Assembly: GCA_963752475.1 (NCBI GenBank)
Contig: CAVVYR010000007.1
Location: forward strand, 352,001 to 416,000
Reading direction: 5' to 3'
Length of the DNA stretch: 64,000 nt
Source of the DNA: an uncultured Chloroflexia bacterium
Lineage (GTDB): Bacteria > Chloroflexota > Limnocylindria > Limnocylindrales > CSP1-4
Shown: positions 50,950 to 64,000 of the stretch, one piece after another
Layout of the letters: each line of letters begins with the position of its first letter
Position numbering within the stretch: position 1 is the stretch's first letter
Notes under the pieces: generated by a model
What the model saw: only the letters and a program-made list of their open reading frames with translations
Told to the model about the DNA's origin: nothing
Databases searched by the model: none
Position numbers and translations under genes: made by a program

Positions 50950-52127
50950 GTGCGCGCTGCCCTCGACATCGCCCTCAAGGACCTCAAGCAGAAGGTCCGT
51001 GACCGCTCCGCGCTGCTCATCAGCATCGTCGCCCCGTTCGTGCTGGCGGCGTTGTTCTCGATGATCCTCGGCGGCCTCGACGAGGACTTCAACGCCAGCT
51101 GGGGCTACGTCGACCTCGATGGCGGCGAGATCGCCGCGGCCTTCGAGGAGGGACCACTCGGTGGCATGGAGGCCGCCGGCATCGTGGATGTCAGTCGCTA
51201 CTCCGATGCCGAGGGTGCGCGGGCAGCCATCGAGGCCGGCGAGATCGATACGGCCATCGTCGTACCGGAAGGCTTCAGTGAGGCCACCATGGCGGGCGCC
51301 GGCAGCACGGTCGAGCTGCTCGCCGACGCCGATGCCGTCATCAGCAGCCAGGTCGCCCGCTCGGTCCTCTCGGGCTTCGCCAGCCAGATCGACGCCGTCG
51401 GGCTCTCGGTAGCGACGGCGCTCATCGCCGAGGGCAGCCTGCCCGACGCCGAGACGACCGCCGCCTTGACCGAGCTCGCGACCGCCACCACCGACCCCAT
51501 CACCATCGTCGACCTCGCGGTGGCTGACCGTACGGCTGGATGGGCCACCTACTACGCCGCCGCGATGGCCATCCTCTTCGTCTTCCTCGCGGCCCAGTTC
51601 GGCATCGTCAGCATCCATGCCGAGCGGCGCACCAAGACGCTCGCACGCATGCTCGCCTCACCCGTGGCGTGGTGGTCCATCCTGGCCGGCAAGATCATCG
51701 TCTCGATGGTGCTCGCACTCGTCTCGATGGGTGTGATCATCATCGGCACCAGCCTGCTGCTCGGAGCCGAGTGGGGCGATCCCGTGGCGCTTGTCGTGCT
51801 GGTGCTGGCGTCGGCGTTGGCCGCGACCGGCATCTCGCTGCTCACCGTGGCCTTCACCCGGAACGAGGAGCAGGCCGGCTCGGCCATCGCCATCGTCTCG
51901 CTCACGCTGGCTGTGCTCGGAGGTGCGTTCTTCCCGGCGAACCAGGGTCCCGAGCTGCTGTCCGTGCTCAGTCAGCTGACGCCTCACGCATGGTTCCTGA
52001 CGGCTATCGATGACATCTCCACCGGCGGCGACATCACCTCATCGGTCAGCTCGGTCGCGGTGCTCGCGACCATCGGCCTGGTGACCGGCGGGTTGGGCCT
52101 GCTCCGCGCCAAGCGGATGGTGTTCGC

Positions 52128-52131
<4 letters not shown>
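50950..52131 (+). CDS. ABC-2 type exporter permease
   Basis: N-terminal TM, large extracellular loop, ERRTKTLARMLASP, C-terminal TMs. Confidence 0.88.
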
Positions 52132-55402
<3,271 letters not shown>

Positions 55403-55430
55403 GCCCACGCAGGCTCGGTATCCTTGGCCC

Positions 55431-55736
55431 GTGGCCACACTCTCCCGTCGCGACGTCGAACACGTCGCTCACCTCGCACGCCTCGGGTTGACCGAAGAGG
55501 AAGTGACCGAGTTGGAAGGCCAGCTCAACCACATCCTCGAGCAGTTCGCCGTGCTCTCCGAGCTCGACACCGAGGCCATCCCGCCGACCGCCCGCGTCAT
55601 CGAGTTGGAGAACGTCCTCCGCGACGATGCTGTGCGTCCGGGATTCGAGCGCGAGACCGCGCTGGCCAATGCGCCCGAGCGGACCGACGAGCACTTCGTG
55701 GTGCCGGCCGTGCTCGACACCGAGAGCGACGGCTAG
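55431..55736 (+). CDS. gatC: Asp/Glu-tRNA amidotransferase subunit C
   Basis: [20 protein letters not shown]...FVVPAV; GTG start 55431. Confidence 0.93.
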   Translation: MATLSRRDVEHVAHLARLGLTEEEVTELEGQLNHILEQFAVLSELDTEAIPPTARVIELENVLRDDAVRPGFERETALANAPERTDEHFVVPAVLDTESDG

Positions 55737-55739
55737 CCG

Positions 55740-57308
55740 GTGACCAGCGATCGGGCGCTGACGCGCCTGCATGCCCACGAGATGGTCGACCGCCTGCGGG
55801 CCGGAGACGTCAGCAGCGTCGAGTTGCTCGAAGCCCATCTCGCGTCCATCGCTGCGACCGATACGGCGATCCATGCCTGGCTCGCCGTCGACGACGGACC
55901 GGCCCGGTCAGCGGCCGAGGCTGCCGATGGGCGGCTCGCTGCCGCGCGTGCCGAGGGTCCGGAGGCGCTCGCGACGCTCCCGCCGCTGCTGGGTGTCCCG
56001 GTCGGTCTCAAGGATCTCGTCCTCGCCCGCGGTCGCCAGGCGACGGCCGGCAGCCGCATCCTCGAGGGCTTTGCCTCGCCCTATGACGCACACATCGTGG
56101 AGCGGCTCGATGCGGCCGGCGCCGTCATCGTGGGCAAGACCAACATGGACGAGTTCGCCATGGGTTCGTCCACCGAGCACTCCGGCTATGGACCGACAGC
56201 CAACCCGTGGGACCTCGCGCGCGTGCCCGGTGGGTCGTCCGGCGGCTCTGCCGCCGCGGTCGCCGCCTTCCACGTGCCCGTGGCCATCGGCACCGATACC
56301 GGTGGCTCCATCCGCCAGCCAGCCTCGCTGACCGGCACCGTCGGCATCAAGCCCACGTACGGACGCGTCAGCCGCTACGGCATCATCGCCTTCGCTTCGT
56401 CGCTCGACCAGGTCGGGCCCTTCGGGCGCGACGTGCGTGACGCGGCCCTGTTGCTGGGCGCGGTCGCCGGTCACGACGAGCGCGACTCCACGTCCGCGCC
56501 GCTCGAGGTGCCTGATTTCGCGGGGGCCCTGCCAGCCGGCGGCGACGAGGCCGCGGCCGGCTTGCACGGTGTGCGCCTGGGTCTGCCCCGCCAGTACTTC
56601 GTCGAGGGCATGGAGCCGGGCGTCGAGTCTCGCGTGCGTGAGGCGGTCGCGGCACTCGAGGGTGCCGGTGCTGAGATCGTCGAAGTCGAGATGCCGCACA
56701 CCGACTACGGCCTCGCGACCTACTACATCGTGGCTCCGGCCGAGGCTTCGGCCAACCTCGCCCGGTACGACGGCATCCGCTTCGGTCATGCCGTTCGGGA
56801 CGGCGACGTCATCGCCAACTACAAGTCGACGCGCGACACCGGCTTCGGGCCGGAGGTCAAGCGCCGGCTGATGCTGGGCACCTACGCGCTCTCGGCCGGC
56901 TACCGAGATGCCTACTACATCAAGGCCCAGAAGGTGCGCACGCTCATCAAGGGCGACTTCGATACTGCCTTCGAACAGGTCGATGCACTCGTCGCGCCGG
57001 TGAGCCCGTCGGTCGCATTCCCTCTCGGCGAGCGGCTCGACGACCCCGTGGCCATGTACCTGATGGATGCCTGCACGCTGCCGGTCAGCGTCGCCGGGCT
57101 GCCCGGACTCTCGGTCCCTGCCGGCCTTTCCGAGGGCCTGCCCGTCGGGCTACAGCTCATCGGCAAGGCCTGGGACGAGGCCCGACTGCTACAGCTCGGG
57201 CGCGCCTATGAAGCCATCACCGCGACGGCCGATTGGCGCAGGCTCGAACCCGCGGCCCTCGATCGGGCTGCCGATCCGTCCATGGGGGCACCCACGCGCG
57301 GCGCCTAG
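55740..57308 (+). CDS. gatA: Asp/Glu-tRNA amidotransferase subunit A
   Basis: [52 protein letters not shown]. Confidence 0.96.
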   Translation: MTSDRALTRLHAHEMVDRLRAGDVSSVELLEAHLASIAATDTAIHAWLAVDDGPARSAAEAADGRLAAARAEGPEALATLPPLLGVPVGLKDLVLARGRQATAGSRILEGFASPYDAHIVERLDAAGAVIVGKTNMDEFAMGSSTEHSGYGPTANPWDLARVPGGSSGGSAAAVAAFHVPVAIGTDTGGSIRQPASLTGTVGIKPTYGRVSRYGIIAFASSLDQVGPFGRDVRDAALLLGAVAGHDERDSTSAPLEVPDFAGALPAGGDEAAAGLHGVRLGLPRQYFVEGMEPGVESRVREAVAALEGAGAEIVEVEMPHTDYGLATYYIVAPAEASANLARYDGIRFGHAVRDGDVIANYKSTRDTGFGPEVKRRLMLGTYALSAGYRDAYYIKAQKVRTLIKGDFDTAFEQVDALVAPVSPSVAFPLGERLDDPVAMYLMDACTLPVSVAGLPGLSVPAGLSEGLPVGLQLIGKAWDEARLLQLGRAYEAITATADWRRLEPAALDRAADPSMGAPTRGA

Positions 57309-57314
57309 GCTCGA

Positions 57315-58355
57315 CTAGACGGTCTTGGGGCCGTCGTCGTCCGCCCTGGGCTCCGGCTCAGGCTCCGCTTCAGGCTCAGGCTCAGGCTCCGCTTCGGGCT
57401 CCGGCTCAGGCTCCGGCTCAGGCTCCGCTTCGGGCTCCGGCTCAGGCTCAGGCTCCGCTTCGGGCTCCGGCTCAGGCTCAGGCTCGACCACGAGTGCCGG
57501 CTCGGTGACCGGCGTCGGCGCGCTCACAGGCTCAGCCTCGGGTTCGGGCAAGCCCGGTTCGACCTCAGGCTCCGGCTGCAGCGCCGCGGGTTCAGGCTCG
57601 GGCTCCGCCGAAATCGGTTCAGCCTCAGGCACAGGCTCCGGCGTAACGGGCTTGGGTGCCGCAGCCACGGCGGGCGCAGGCTCCGGCGTCGGCTCGGCCA
57701 CAGGCGGCGCAGGCGTCGGGGCGACCGGCTGCTGCTCATCAGGCTCATCGACGATCTTGCCGTCGGCGCGCATAGAGGCTTCGTTGGTGCCGCCCTTGAC
57801 CACGAAGCCCTCGGCGAGCTCGGTCAGGGGGTTGCCGGTCCGGATGGCTTCCTTGGCGTCCATCACGGCCTTCTTGAACTGCAGTCCGTCGAGCAGCTGG
57901 CGATACTCCTCGTTGGCTGTGTCCGAGGCCGTATAGAGGACCAGGTCGGCATAGCCGAAGAAGCGTCCCAACGTCGATTCCGTGAGCGCGACGTCGGTGA
58001 TCTGCTCGATCGATGAGTCGATCGATGTCCTCCGCAGCACGCCCTCCATGCGCAGGGCGCGCCGGTTGGTGAGCACGTAGTGACGGCTGTCCCAGCGGAT
58101 GAGGTCGACGGGCAGCCACACGATGGTGACCAGGAAGAGGATGACCACGACCCACCGGATGAGATCGTTGATGAAGCTGAAGAACTGGTCGTCGTTGAAC
58201 TCGAAGATGCTGTTCAGCGCCAGCAGGCCAAGGCCGATGAGCCCGACGACGATCGGGCGCAAGGCGAAGCGGACGGCCGCCATCCAGTGCTGGCGGGTGT
58301 CGATGAGCACGACCTCAGTCGTACCGAGGAGATCCTTCAAGTGCGATGAGGCCAC
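57315..58355 (-). CDS. Bacterial PH-domain membrane protein with Pro/Glu-rich tail
   Basis: RQHW, two TMs, [17 protein letters not shown]; GGAGG RBS and GTG 58355. Confidence 0.8.
   Translation of the reverse strand: MASSHLKDLLGTTEVVLIDTRQHWMAAVRFALRPIVVGLIGLGLLALNSIFEFNDDQFFSFINDLIRWVVVILFLVTIVWLPVDLIRWDSRHYVLTNRRALRMEGVLRRTSIDSSIEQITDVALTESTLGRFFGYADLVLYTASDTANEEYRQLLDGLQFKKAVMDAKEAIRTGNPLTELAEGFVVKGGTNEASMRADGKIVDEPDEQQPVAPTPAPPVAEPTPEPAPAVAAAPKPVTPEPVPEAEPISAEPEPEPAALQPEPEVEPGLPEPEAEPVSAPTPVTEPALVVEPEPEPEPEAEPEPEPEPEAEPEPEPEPEPEAEPEPEPEAEPEPEPRADDDGPKTV
57347..57485 (-). repeat. Coding low-complexity repeat, (EP)n with EA interruptions
   Basis: Tandem GGCTCA/GGCTCC hexamers encoding [10 protein letters not shown]. 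Confidence 0.9.
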
Positions 58356-58479
58356 AGCGCCTTCATCCTCCAAGTTGCTAGGCGAGGGTTGATGCGCGTA
58401 GTGTCCCACACGCCGTCGCGCGGCGGGCCTCGCCTATACTCTCATCCACCCATCTGCTACCGCTCGACCAGAGGCCGAG

Positions 58480-59658
58480 ATGACCATCGAACCGACGACT
58501 CGTTCGCGTCTGTCCCAGCGCGTCAAGGACGTGCCGCCCAGCGGCATCCGCAAGTTCTTCGACGTGCTGGCATCGATGCCGGACGTGATCAGCCTGGGCG
58601 TCGGTGAGCCAGACTTCGACACGCCCCGCGTCGTCGTCGAGGCGGGCGTGGAGGCACTGCGCTCCGGGCGCACGCACTACACCAGCAACTACGGCACGCT
58701 CGAGCTGCGTGAGGCCCTGAGCAGCCACCTGCAGCGCCGGTACGAGGTGGCCTACGACCCGGCCACCGAGATGGTCATCACCGTCGGCGCCTCGGAGGCG
58801 TTGGCGGTCACGTTGGCGGCGCTCATCGATCCTGGAGACGAGGTCGTGGTCGCGGAGCCCACGTACGTGGCCTACGTGCCGGACATCATCTTCAGCGGTG
58901 GCCAGCCGGTCTTCGTGCCCTGCAGCCCGAGCGATGGCTGGCAGCTGGATCCCGACGCGGTCGAGGCCGCCATCACGCCACGCACCAAGGCCATCTTCCT
59001 GGGCTTCCCCAACAACCCCACCGGAGCCGTCCTCGACCCCGATCGCATCCGGGCCATCGCGGAGGTAGCGGAGCGTCACGACCTCCTCGTCATCAGCGAC
59101 GAGATCTATGACCGGCTCGTCTATGGCGGTCATCAGCACGAGGCCTTCAGTGCGCTGCCGGGCATGCGTGATCGGACGGTCCTGCTCGGCGGCTTCTCCA
59201 AGTCATACGCCATGACCGGCTGGCGCGTGGGCTACGCGTGTGCGCCCGCGGACCTGCTCGACGGCATCGTCAAGATCCACCAGTACATCATCATGTCGGC
59301 GCCGACGGTGGCCCAGGACGCGGCTCTCGCGGGCCTGCAGAAGGCGGATGCGGATGTCGCGCGCATGGTCGCCGAGTACGATCGGCGCCGGCGGCTATTC
59401 GTCGACGGCCTGAACCGCATCGGGCTGGCCACGGTCGAGCCCCGCGGCGCGTTCTACGCCTTCCCGGACATCGGCGCCACCGGCCTCTCGAGCGCGGAGT
59501 TCGCGGAGCGACTGCTGCGCGAGCAGGAGGTCGCGATCATCCCCGGAGACGCCTTCGGCGCCAGCGGTGAAGGCTACGTGCGAGCGTCGATCGCGACCTC
59601 GTACGGGAAGCTGGAGGAAGCCCTCGTCCGTATCGAGCGCTTCGTCGGTAGCCTCTGA
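58480..59658 (+). CDS. Class I/II PLP-dependent aminotransferase
   Basis: SLGVGEPDF, PNNPTG, SDEIY, GFSKSYAMTGWRVG; stop overlaps gatB start. Confidence 0.93.
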   Translation: MTIEPTTRSRLSQRVKDVPPSGIRKFFDVLASMPDVISLGVGEPDFDTPRVVVEAGVEALRSGRTHYTSNYGTLELREALSSHLQRRYEVAYDPATEMVITVGASEALAVTLAALIDPGDEVVVAEPTYVAYVPDIIFSGGQPVFVPCSPSDGWQLDPDAVEAAITPRTKAIFLGFPNNPTGAVLDPDRIRAIAEVAERHDLLVISDEIYDRLVYGGHQHEAFSALPGMRDRTVLLGGFSKSYAMTGWRVGYACAPADLLDGIVKIHQYIIMSAPTVAQDAALAGLQKADADVARMVAEYDRRRRLFVDGLNRIGLATVEPRGAFYAFPDIGATGLSSAEFAERLLREQEVAIIPGDAFGASGEGYVRASIATSYGKLEEALVRIERFVGSL

Positions 59659-61136
59659 TGGGGGCGACAGCAGCGGTCGCCGCCGACGCCACCTACGAGC
59701 CGGTCATCGGCATCGAGATCCACGTCGAGCTCAAGACCGCCTCGAAGATGTTCTGCGGCTGTTCGGGCGACATCTCTGATGCCCCACCCAACGAGCTGAC
59801 CTGTCCGGTGTGTCTGGCCATGCCCGGAGCGCTGCCGGTCATCAACCGCGAGGCGGTGCGACACGTGCTCGCGGTCGGCATCGCCATCGGTGCGACCACG
59901 CCCGACGTCACCCGCTGGGATCGCAAGAACTACTTCTACCCGGACCTGCCCAAGGGCTACCAGATCAGCCAGTACGAGCTGCCGCTGGCGGCGCGCGGCT
60001 CGCTCACGGTGGAGACATCGCACGGGCCCGAGACGGTCGGCATCACGCGCGCGCACCTCGAAGAGGACACCGCCCGCTCCCAGCACACGCGCCTCGGCGA
60101 CCGCCCCGTCAGCCTGCTCGATTTCGACCGCTCCGGCGTGCCCCTGCTCGAGATCGTGACCGACCCCGTCATCCACGATGCCGAGACCGCGCGTCGATAC
60201 GCGGAGGAGCTGCGCCTGCTGCTGGTGACCATCGGCGCTTCGGACGCGGCCATGGAGAGCGGCCAGATGCGCGTGGAGGCCAATGTCTCGTTGCGGCCTG
60301 TTGGCACGGAGCCCTTCGGCACGCGCGTCGAGGTCAAGAACATGAACTCGTTCCGCTCGGTCGAGCGCGCTATCGACTTCGAGATCGCTCGCCAGGAGGC
60401 AGCGCTGCGGGCGGGTGAACCGCTCATCCAGGAGACCCGCGGCTGGGATGACGACCGAGGCGTGACGTATCACATGCGCACCAAGGAGACCTCGGACGAC
60501 TACCGTTACTTCCCTGATCCCGACCTGCCGCCGCTGCACGTCGACGCGGCCTGGCTCGAGGAGATCGCCGCCGGGCTGCCCGAGCTGCCCGCGGCTCGCC
60601 GCGCGCGCTACGAGGAGGAGTTGGGCCTCTCCGCCTACGACGCTGACGTGCTCGTGGCCGATGCCGGCGCCAGCGCGGTCTTCGAGGCTGCGCGTGCGGC
60701 CGACCCGACGCTGCCGCCGAAGAAGCTTTCCAATTGGGTCAGCGGCGAGTACCTGCGGCTGGCCAAGGGCGAGGAGGAGGGCGTCGATGTCGGTCGCATC
60801 GACGGTCAGCAGCTGGCCGCGCTCGTGCGCCTCGTCGAGGATGGCCAGATCAGCGGCACCAACGCCAAGGAGGTCCTGCTGCGGGTCGGTCGCGACGGTC
60901 GACCAGTGGCCGACATCGTGGCCCAGTCGGGCTTCAAGCAGATCAGCGACACCGGTGCGCTGCAGGCGGCCGTCGACGAGGTCATCGCCGACAACCCCGC
61001 AGCCGTAGCCGATATCCGCGCTGGTGAGAAGAAGGCCATCGGATTCCTCACCGGTCAGATCATGAAGAAGACGCGAGGTCAGGCCAACGCCGGCGTCGTG
61101 CAGCAGCTCATCCGCGAGAGCCTGGAGGTCGAGTAG
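59658..61136 (+). CDS. gatB: Asp/Glu-tRNA amidotransferase subunit B
   Basis: IGIEIHVEL, RKNYFYPDLPKGYQISQ, HLEED, EVKNMNSF, DYRYFPDPDL. Confidence 0.97.
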   Translation: MGATAAVAADATYEPVIGIEIHVELKTASKMFCGCSGDISDAPPNELTCPVCLAMPGALPVINREAVRHVLAVGIAIGATTPDVTRWDRKNYFYPDLPKGYQISQYELPLAARGSLTVETSHGPETVGITRAHLEEDTARSQHTRLGDRPVSLLDFDRSGVPLLEIVTDPVIHDAETARRYAEELRLLLVTIGASDAAMESGQMRVEANVSLRPVGTEPFGTRVEVKNMNSFRSVERAIDFEIARQEAALRAGEPLIQETRGWDDDRGVTYHMRTKETSDDYRYFPDPDLPPLHVDAAWLEEIAAGLPELPAARRARYEEELGLSAYDADVLVADAGASAVFEAARAADPTLPPKKLSNWVSGEYLRLAKGEEEGVDVGRIDGQQLAALVRLVEDGQISGTNAKEVLLRVGRDGRPVADIVAQSGFKQISDTGALQAAVDEVIADNPAAVADIRAGEKKAIGFLTGQIMKKTRGQANAGVVQQLIRESLEVE

Positions 61137-61141
61137 GGGAG

Positions 61142-61423
61142 ATGGAAGCACTCAGCCTCGTGCTCATCGCCGGCGGCATCGTGGCCATCATCGTGGCCGC
61201 GTCGCAGATGCGTGGTCCGCTCGCTACGGTCCGCCGGCTCGACGAGACCCAGGCCAACATCGATCGCTACGAGTCCTGGCGCGGCAAGCAGACCGGTCCG
61301 CAGGCCGATGGACCGACCGGCGCCGATGTCATGCGCGCGCAGATGCGCCAGCGCCTGATCGTCTGGGGTGTCGTCGCGGGTGCGGGCGTGGTCTCGATCT
61401 TCGTGGGGCTGATCGCCGCCTAG
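61142..61423 (+). CDS. Small two-TM membrane protein
   Basis: 93 aa, hydrophobic N- and C-termini, central RYESWRG. Confidence 0.65.
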   Translation: MEALSLVLIAGGIVAIIVAASQMRGPLATVRRLDETQANIDRYESWRGKQTGPQADGPTGADVMRAQMRQRLIVWGVVAGAGVVSIFVGLIAA

Positions 61424-61454
61424 GCTCGCCTCGGCTCGAGGCGGAGAGTCGACG

Positions 61455-62687
61455 TCAATCGGCCGCGACTTCCTCGACGGCGGCGGTGAAGGGCTCGTCG
61501 GGGTCGTTGATGAAGACGCCGCAGCCGTCCGGACAGGCCTCCACCTGACCGGTCTGGATGGCGAGCTCCGCCTCCGCGTAGAAGTCGTTGGTGTCGACGC
61601 GCTTGGTCGAGGACAGGCGCCACTCATCGGTGATACCAACGCCGCCACCCTGGAGGTCGAAGGTCGTGACCGACGGGTTGCTGCCCTGCGAGAAGAAGAA
61701 CATCGCTTCCTCGACGGCCCGAGCCACGTCCGTGGTGATGGAAGCCATCACGCACTCATCGTCGAGATCAGGACGGGCGGCAGTGATGTCCATGCCGGTG
61801 CCGATGACCTTGACGCCGGCTTCGCAGGCCGCCTCGACCATGCCCATCGTCGCGCCGCGACCCACCGGCAACAGCACCGTCGGCTGGTGCACGTCGAGGA
61901 AGGCCTCGGCGAACGTCTTGGCGCTGGCCTCGTCGCTGAATCCGCCGACCTCGTCCTCGGAGATGTAGCCGAGCTCGATCTCGATCTCCGGCTCGACGCT
62001 GCGGGCGCCGTTCACGAACCCGGTGATGTAGCGGTCGCATGCTATGCAGTCGAAGCTGCCGGTGATGATGCCCAGCGAGCCTCCGCGGCTTTCGCGTGCA
62101 GCCACGACACCGGCGAGGTAGGCGGCTTCCTCTACCGCGAACTCGATGGCCGCATAGTTCCCGGGCATCGTGCCCTCGGCGCCGAGGCATTGACGCGTGA
62201 GGTCAGGCTGGCCGTTCTCGTCGAGACAGGGCAACGGCTGGTCGAGGTCGACGATGGTGGTTTCGGGATTGGCGCGGGCGATGCCCACGTTGGCCTTCCA
62301 GTCGCCGCCGGAGATGATCATGAGCCGAGGATTGAGCTCGCCCGCGAGATCGAGGGCCGCCTGGGTGATCGCGTCGGTCTCCGCGAAGGGGTCCGATGAG
62401 ATGAAACCGCCGGGCGCCGCCCCCTTCTTGGAGTCCTTCTTGGGCTGCTCGGGGGCGCTCGTCTTGCCGCCGAGCTGGTCCTGGTAGCCGCGCGCCGCGC
62501 GAAGGACGAGAGCATTGAGGTCGGCGTCATCGAGGGCACTAGTAAGGACGGCGGTCAGCAGGCTCGGACCCGCTTCGTTCGGGAAGCGCGTGTCGATCCC
62601 CGGCGTCTGGCCCACGACCACGCTGGAGGCAGCCAGCGTCAGGGCCGTCGCGGCGGTGATGGCTCGGAGCACGGGGTAGGCGCGCAT
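61455..62687 (-). CDS. BMP family ABC transporter substrate-binding protein
   Basis: Signal MRAYPVLRAITAA; FAVEEAAYLAGVVAA, GFVNGARSV, KVIG; ATG 62687. Confidence 0.82.
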   Translation of the reverse strand: MRAYPVLRAITAATALTLAASSVVVGQTPGIDTRFPNEAGPSLLTAVLTSALDDADLNALVLRAARGYQDQLGGKTSAPEQPKKDSKKGAAPGGFISSDPFAETDAITQAALDLAGELNPRLMIISGGDWKANVGIARANPETTIVDLDQPLPCLDENGQPDLTRQCLGAEGTMPGNYAAIEFAVEEAAYLAGVVAARESRGGSLGIITGSFDCIACDRYITGFVNGARSVEPEIEIELGYISEDEVGGFSDEASAKTFAEAFLDVHQPTVLLPVGRGATMGMVEAACEAGVKVIGTGMDITAARPDLDDECVMASITTDVARAVEEAMFFFSQGSNPSVTTFDLQGGGVGITDEWRLSSTKRVDTNDFYAEAELAIQTGQVEACPDGCGVFINDPDEPFTAAVEEVAAD

Positions 62688-62880
62688 GGGATCCCTTTCT
62701 CGGCAGGCTCGTCGACGACGACTGCATGGTACGAGCGATGGGCGCTCTGTGCTGCAGGACCATCGGGGCGGCCGCCTGTCGGACCTTCGTGCGGTCCGGT
62801 GGGGTCTGGTACGGTCCGGCGGCGCGTCGCGGCTGTTGCGGTCGGACGCGGCTGGGCCCGAACACCTTGCCTGGGTGTAG

Positions 62881-63360
62881 CTACTCGTGGATGTACCGGT
62901 GCAGCACGGCCGTGCAGCGATCCATGACCACGTCGAGCCCACCCGCGTGTGCGATGCGGACCGCCTCGGCTGAGATCACGCCCTGCTGCAGCCACAGCGC
63001 ACCGCTGTCGGTGGCCACAGCGGAACGGGCGATGGCCGGCGTGTACTCGGGGCGGCGGAAGACATCCACGATGTCGAACGGCCCCGTCGCGGCCACTGCC
63101 ATCTCGAGCGACGGATATGCGGCCGATCCGTGGACCTCGCTGATCTTGGGGTTGACCGGCACACACTCGTAGCCCTGGTCGAGCAGGTAGCGCAGGACCG
63201 AGTTCGAGGCCCGCCACGGCAGCGCCGAGGCGCCCACGACCGCGATGCGTCGAGCGTCCCGCAGCAGCTCGATTGCCTCCGCATCGCTCAGCAGCGGCAG
63301 CGCGTCGTTCGGTGGCTCGTCGAACAACTCGATGGCGCGGCGTTCGGGTTCCATGACCAT
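62881..63360 (-). CDS. CoA-binding protein (YccU-like)
   Basis: IAVVGAS, PVNP, DIVDVFR, LWLQQG, VVMDRC. Confidence 0.9.
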   Translation of the reverse strand: MVMEPERRAIELFDEPPNDALPLLSDAEAIELLRDARRIAVVGASALPWRASNSVLRYLLDQGYECVPVNPKISEVHGSAAYPSLEMAVAATGPFDIVDVFRRPEYTPAIARSAVATDSGALWLQQGVISAEAVRIAHAGGLDVVMDRCTAVLHRYIHE

Positions 63361-63417
63361 CAGGCTAGCGCCGCACCCAGATCAGCGTCGTGACCGACAT
63401 CGCACACGTTGCCGTCG

Positions 63418-64000
63418 CTACGAAGCGCTCTCTCGTTCGTACGGTTTGCCCACCGCCGCGGGGGCCACGCTCCGGCCGACGGCGCCGGCGAGGATGACGA
63501 TGGTCACGAGGTACGGCAAGGCCGCCCAGAACTGGTTGGGCACCGCGGTCAGGATGTCGCCCAGCTCACCCGTCGGCGGGATCGTGCGCAGCGCGATGCT
63601 GAGCGAGCTCGCGCCGGCGAAGAGCAGGGCAGCGCCGAACGCGCCCAGCGGCATCCAGCGCCCGAAGATGAGGGCGGCGAGGGCGATGAAGCCGCGCCCC
63701 GCGGTCATGTTCGCCTGGAAGGAGTTGCCGAAATCGAGCGTGAACCAGGCGCCCGCGAGTCCCGCGAAGATGCCGCCAAGGATGACGTTGCGATAGCGCA
63801 GCTTGATGACATCGATGCCCACCGTCTCGGCTGCCTTGGGGTGTTCACCCACCGACCGGGTACGGAGACCCCAGCGGGACCGGAAGAGCAGGATCTGCAG
63901 CACGATCGCGAGGATGATCACGCTCATCGTGATCGGCCCGTGGTTCAGGAACATGTTGAAGATCCAACCCACGAAGGGCAGATCGGTCAGGAATTCGGGC
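63418..64000 (-). CDS. Nucleoside/BMP-type ABC transporter permease, 5' end beyond the window
   Basis: GLRTRSVGEHPKAAETVGI, AGRGFIALAALIFGRW, LPYLVT, PAAVGKPY. Confidence 0.9.
   Translation of the reverse strand, partial: PEFLTDLPFVGWIFNMFLNHGPITMSVIILAIVLQILLFRSRWGLRTRSVGEHPKAAETVGIDVIKLRYRNVILGGIFAGLAGAWFTLDFGNSFQANMTAGRGFIALAALIFGRWMPLGAFGAALLFAGASSLSIALRTIPPTGELGDILTAVPNQFWAALPYLVTIVILAGAVGRSVAPAAVGKPYERESAS

Overview
High-GC bacterial chromosomal window; gene content and style suggest Chloroflexota, possibly Limnocylindria/Ellin6529-like (inference only). Housekeeping content: peptide ABC transporter operon, vapBC, split glutamine-dependent NAD synthetase, rsmI, ssb, purA-purB-purH, metG-VOC-tatD, CIRCE-controlled groES-groEL, tdk, pcrA, ABC exporter, ligA, gatC/gatA/gatB, BMP/nucleoside ABC genes. 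No rRNA, tRNA, CRISPR array, transposase or integrase was seen. Most notable is a compact putative signalling/proteolysis module at 20.9-27.5 kb: a divergent DDVEGH-motif peptide, Crp/Fnr cNMP regulator, stand-alone GAF protein, minimal cytoplasmic S8 protease, a small protein and a zinc-ribbon/class III cyclase/STAND NTPase/TPR-like protein, with a second cyclase-STAND paralog at 35.3-38.8 kb. Also notable: a circularly permuted family-5 solute-binding protein, a duplicated promoter-small ORF-hairpin cassette, two c-di-GMP-II-like riboswitches, a 6 x 39-bp tandem repeat truncating an amidohydrolase remnant, an unexplained structured purA leader and many apparently leaderless genes. About nine single-base frameshifts between 21.8 and 35.1 kb are most likely sequencing/assembly errors.
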